The notes under the pieces are model-generated. The model ran no database searches. It worked only from the letters and a program-made list of their open reading frames with translations, and had not been told where the DNA came from. Positions 62,006 to 64,000 of a stretch of 64,000 nt of DNA are shown here, one piece after another. Position 1 is the stretch's first letter. Each line of letters starts with the position of its first letter. The position numbers and the translations under genes are program-made. Origin of the DNA: Psilocybe cubensis (Eukaryota); contig CM039006.1 in the NCBI GenBank assembly GCA_017499595.2, positions 620,001-684,000 on the forward strand, in the 5' to 3' direction.

Positions 62006-63223
62006 TCAATGGATTTGGTCATCAGCCACCAATGCCTGACGCTCTGGGTGATCACCAAAAGGCACAAGGTCAACAAACCTGGCAGCGTATTCAGGTTTCA
62101 AGAACCGTACGGAAAGATATTCAGGACGCCCTGGTATAATTCGTATAGAATGAACCATGCTAGTGCTGAGCCCGACATTCCTGACTGCGTCGTGTCCGAC
62201 AGCTACAGGATCGGAAAGGTCCGCTGCGCTCGATATGGGTCCATATACCACCTCTCGTTGGTACTCGTGGATTGAGTTGGAGCGTGACTGCAGTGCACTG
62301 TGAGCGGCGCTAGTGGACGGTCGGGAGGTCGGGGGAACATCCGTGTTGAGAAATTCATCTGACGATCTCCTTCGTTTTGTACCAGGGATAAACGGCCTCT
62401 CAAAAAGACTGGGAGAAGACGTGAGGGAGTGGGGCGGCGCCATGATAGTATGATCGGGATGGAGCCCAGCGATAGCTGACTCAGAACTTTCCGGGAAGGG
62501 AGACGTAAGTCGGCGCACGCTGTCCGCCAAAAATGCGATGGACTCTCTGGTTGTAGAAGAAAACGATGCGATGTCTTTAGTAAGCTCGTCAAGAGCTTTC
62601 CGAGTCTCGTTATGCGCTTCAACGAGAGCCGTGAACTCTGGCTGCAGATTCACAGAGCTGGAGGATTGGTTGTTCGACTTCAACAAATCGATTGAATTTT
62701 TGTGATCTGTAAGGACACGATAGAAGTCCTGAGCCCGTTGAGCATGGGCTGACTCAGACGCGTAGTAATTCTTTTGAAGTCGCGAAAGATGGCGTGCGAG
62801 TATGACCTCGTTCCGAACGAGTCGGTTCTGGTTGTAGATGGCGTCTTTGTTGGGCATGAATGGGGACATTCCAAGGACTGCTACGCTTTCGCTGTCTGTT
62901 GGAATAATTTCATCGGTGACCACTTTCCGCGTGCGATGTCTAGTGCGAGGCTGGACTGTGTTTGTATTCACACCTGGCGCAGTCCCGCCGATTAAAGATG
63001 GGTCACTCATCCTGCTATCCGGAAATGCGAGAGGTGTATGTAGAAGAAGAGGAGCAGCTGGATGATCAGGATGAGATGAGCCAGAAATTTGCTCTGACTG
63101 TGCTAGATCTCGGCGTTGGTATGTCAATGATGTGGTTGATTTTTCGGGGACATCTACTGTACTTTTATTGTTAGTAATTGAAATTTGGTTTACCAGCCAT
63201 AACATACCTGGGTCAACATACAA
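62006..63223 (-). CDS. Intronless ORF with a coiled coil and a C-terminal RRM-like segment; possibly retrotransposon ORF1-like
   Basis: 1.2-kb open frame; heptad region LVEAHNETRKALDELTKDIA; EVVYGPI...YLSVRF..PEYAARFV. Start uncertain and no ORF2 seen. Confidence 0.5.
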   Translation of the reverse strand: MYVDPGMLWLVNQISITNNKSTVDVPEKSTTSLTYQRRDLAQSEQISGSSHPDHPAAPLLLHTPLAFPDSRMSDPSLIGGTAPGVNTNTVQPRTRHRTRKVVTDEIIPTDSESVAVLGMSPFMPNKDAIYNQNRLVRNEVILARHLSRLQKNYYASESAHAQRAQDFYRVLTDHKNSIDLLKSNNQSSSSVNLQPEFTALVEAHNETRKALDELTKDIASFSSTTRESIAFLADSVRRLTSPFPESSESAIAGLHPDHTIMAPPHSLTSSPSLFERPFIPGTKRRRSSDEFLNTDVPPTSRPSTSAAHSALQSRSNSIHEYQREVVYGPISSAADLSDPVAVGHDAVRNVGLSTSMVHSIRIIPGRPEYLSVRFLKPEYAARFVDLVPFGDHPERQALVADDQIH

Positions 63224-64000
63224 ATGTTTCCTAGCATAGGTAGGCGCCGGGGGATGCGATGTTGTAAGGTTGCTTAGCTCGTCTAATGGAGATGCTTGAA
63301 TGCTACGTCAATCATTAGAATACAGAAAAAACTTACCATTGACTTGATTTTCTTCCTCTTTGTTGAGCTGTGCCATGTGTTGAGATAGAATGAGGTATGA
63401 AGTTTATCTGGGATTGGAACTTGTATGTAAATCTGACGGGGCTTAAATAAGAGACAAAAGCCATGGATCTGTTTTTAAGTTTTAACATACCATTACCTTA
63501 ATACAAATCTGCAAAGACGGCGGAAAACAAACCGTATACGTCGCGTCGGATGCGTCTGTAGCAACACACGATGACAGACTGTGTCTGTCAACGATCCATA
63601 TCGGTTGGCCGTAGCGTTTGGGAAGGCTGTCCCGGAATCGGGGGTGGGCAACGGTTATAATTAGCATTTTCACAACGTGCCCGAGGTTGGGGCCATCAGT
63701 GGTCCTATCTGCTCAGTCAGCCGTTTTTGACAATAGGCGGATTCCTGAATATTGCCAGGATAGACACTGATGACGGATGGTAGTACTGGAAGGTTCCATA
63801 AATTGCCAGTAGAGATTTCTTCTCGTTCTTGAAGTTGACTCAACAACTTGAACGAGTGATGAAATTAAAGATCGTGGTAAAGAATTCATTTGGTCTGACT
63901 CATGGAACAAAATCTTACGCTTAGTATTGCACAGAGTCCAACATCCAAGATTATATAACACCTTGTATACTCATAAATTTAAGGAAGCTACTTATATGAC

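Noticed and set aside
63290-63376. Upstream spliced exon MAQLNKEEENQVN as the start of the 62006-63223 ORF
   Set aside because: The spliced frame stops after a few codons (AFKHLH*).

Overview
Intron-rich fungal genomic DNA; the gene families suggest an Agaricomycete (inference). The left ~23 kb is a rearranged, duplicated locus. It holds four fungal protein-kinase-like genes or remnants, one intact and two broken ADP-ribosylglycohydrolase (ARH) copies, two diverged paralogs of an unknown 5-exon gene, and a ~2.3 kb duplication. One copy of the duplication is interrupted by a 4,970-bp Helitron2/Helentron-like element (9510-14479) whose empty site is visible at 1387|1388. The element has no Rep-helicase. 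It carries an F-box/nucleotidyltransferase-like gene, a putative OB-fold gene, arrays of 41-bp palindromes, and a nested, inverted relative (12085-13524). A ~92-nt box C/D-like RNA lies in a homologous intron of two apparently non-coding units (23798-23889 and 55076-55166). The rest is mostly ordinary genes: histone-fold-like, RING/RRM, MFS, a low-complexity protein, a secreted beta-trefoil, SDR, acyl-CoA ligase, a multi-TM protein, a head-to-head acyl-CoA carboxylase subunit pair, AKR, P450, a frameshifted kinase, a small beta-rich protein and an ORF1-like ORF. Gene models were spliced by eye and no database searches were run.
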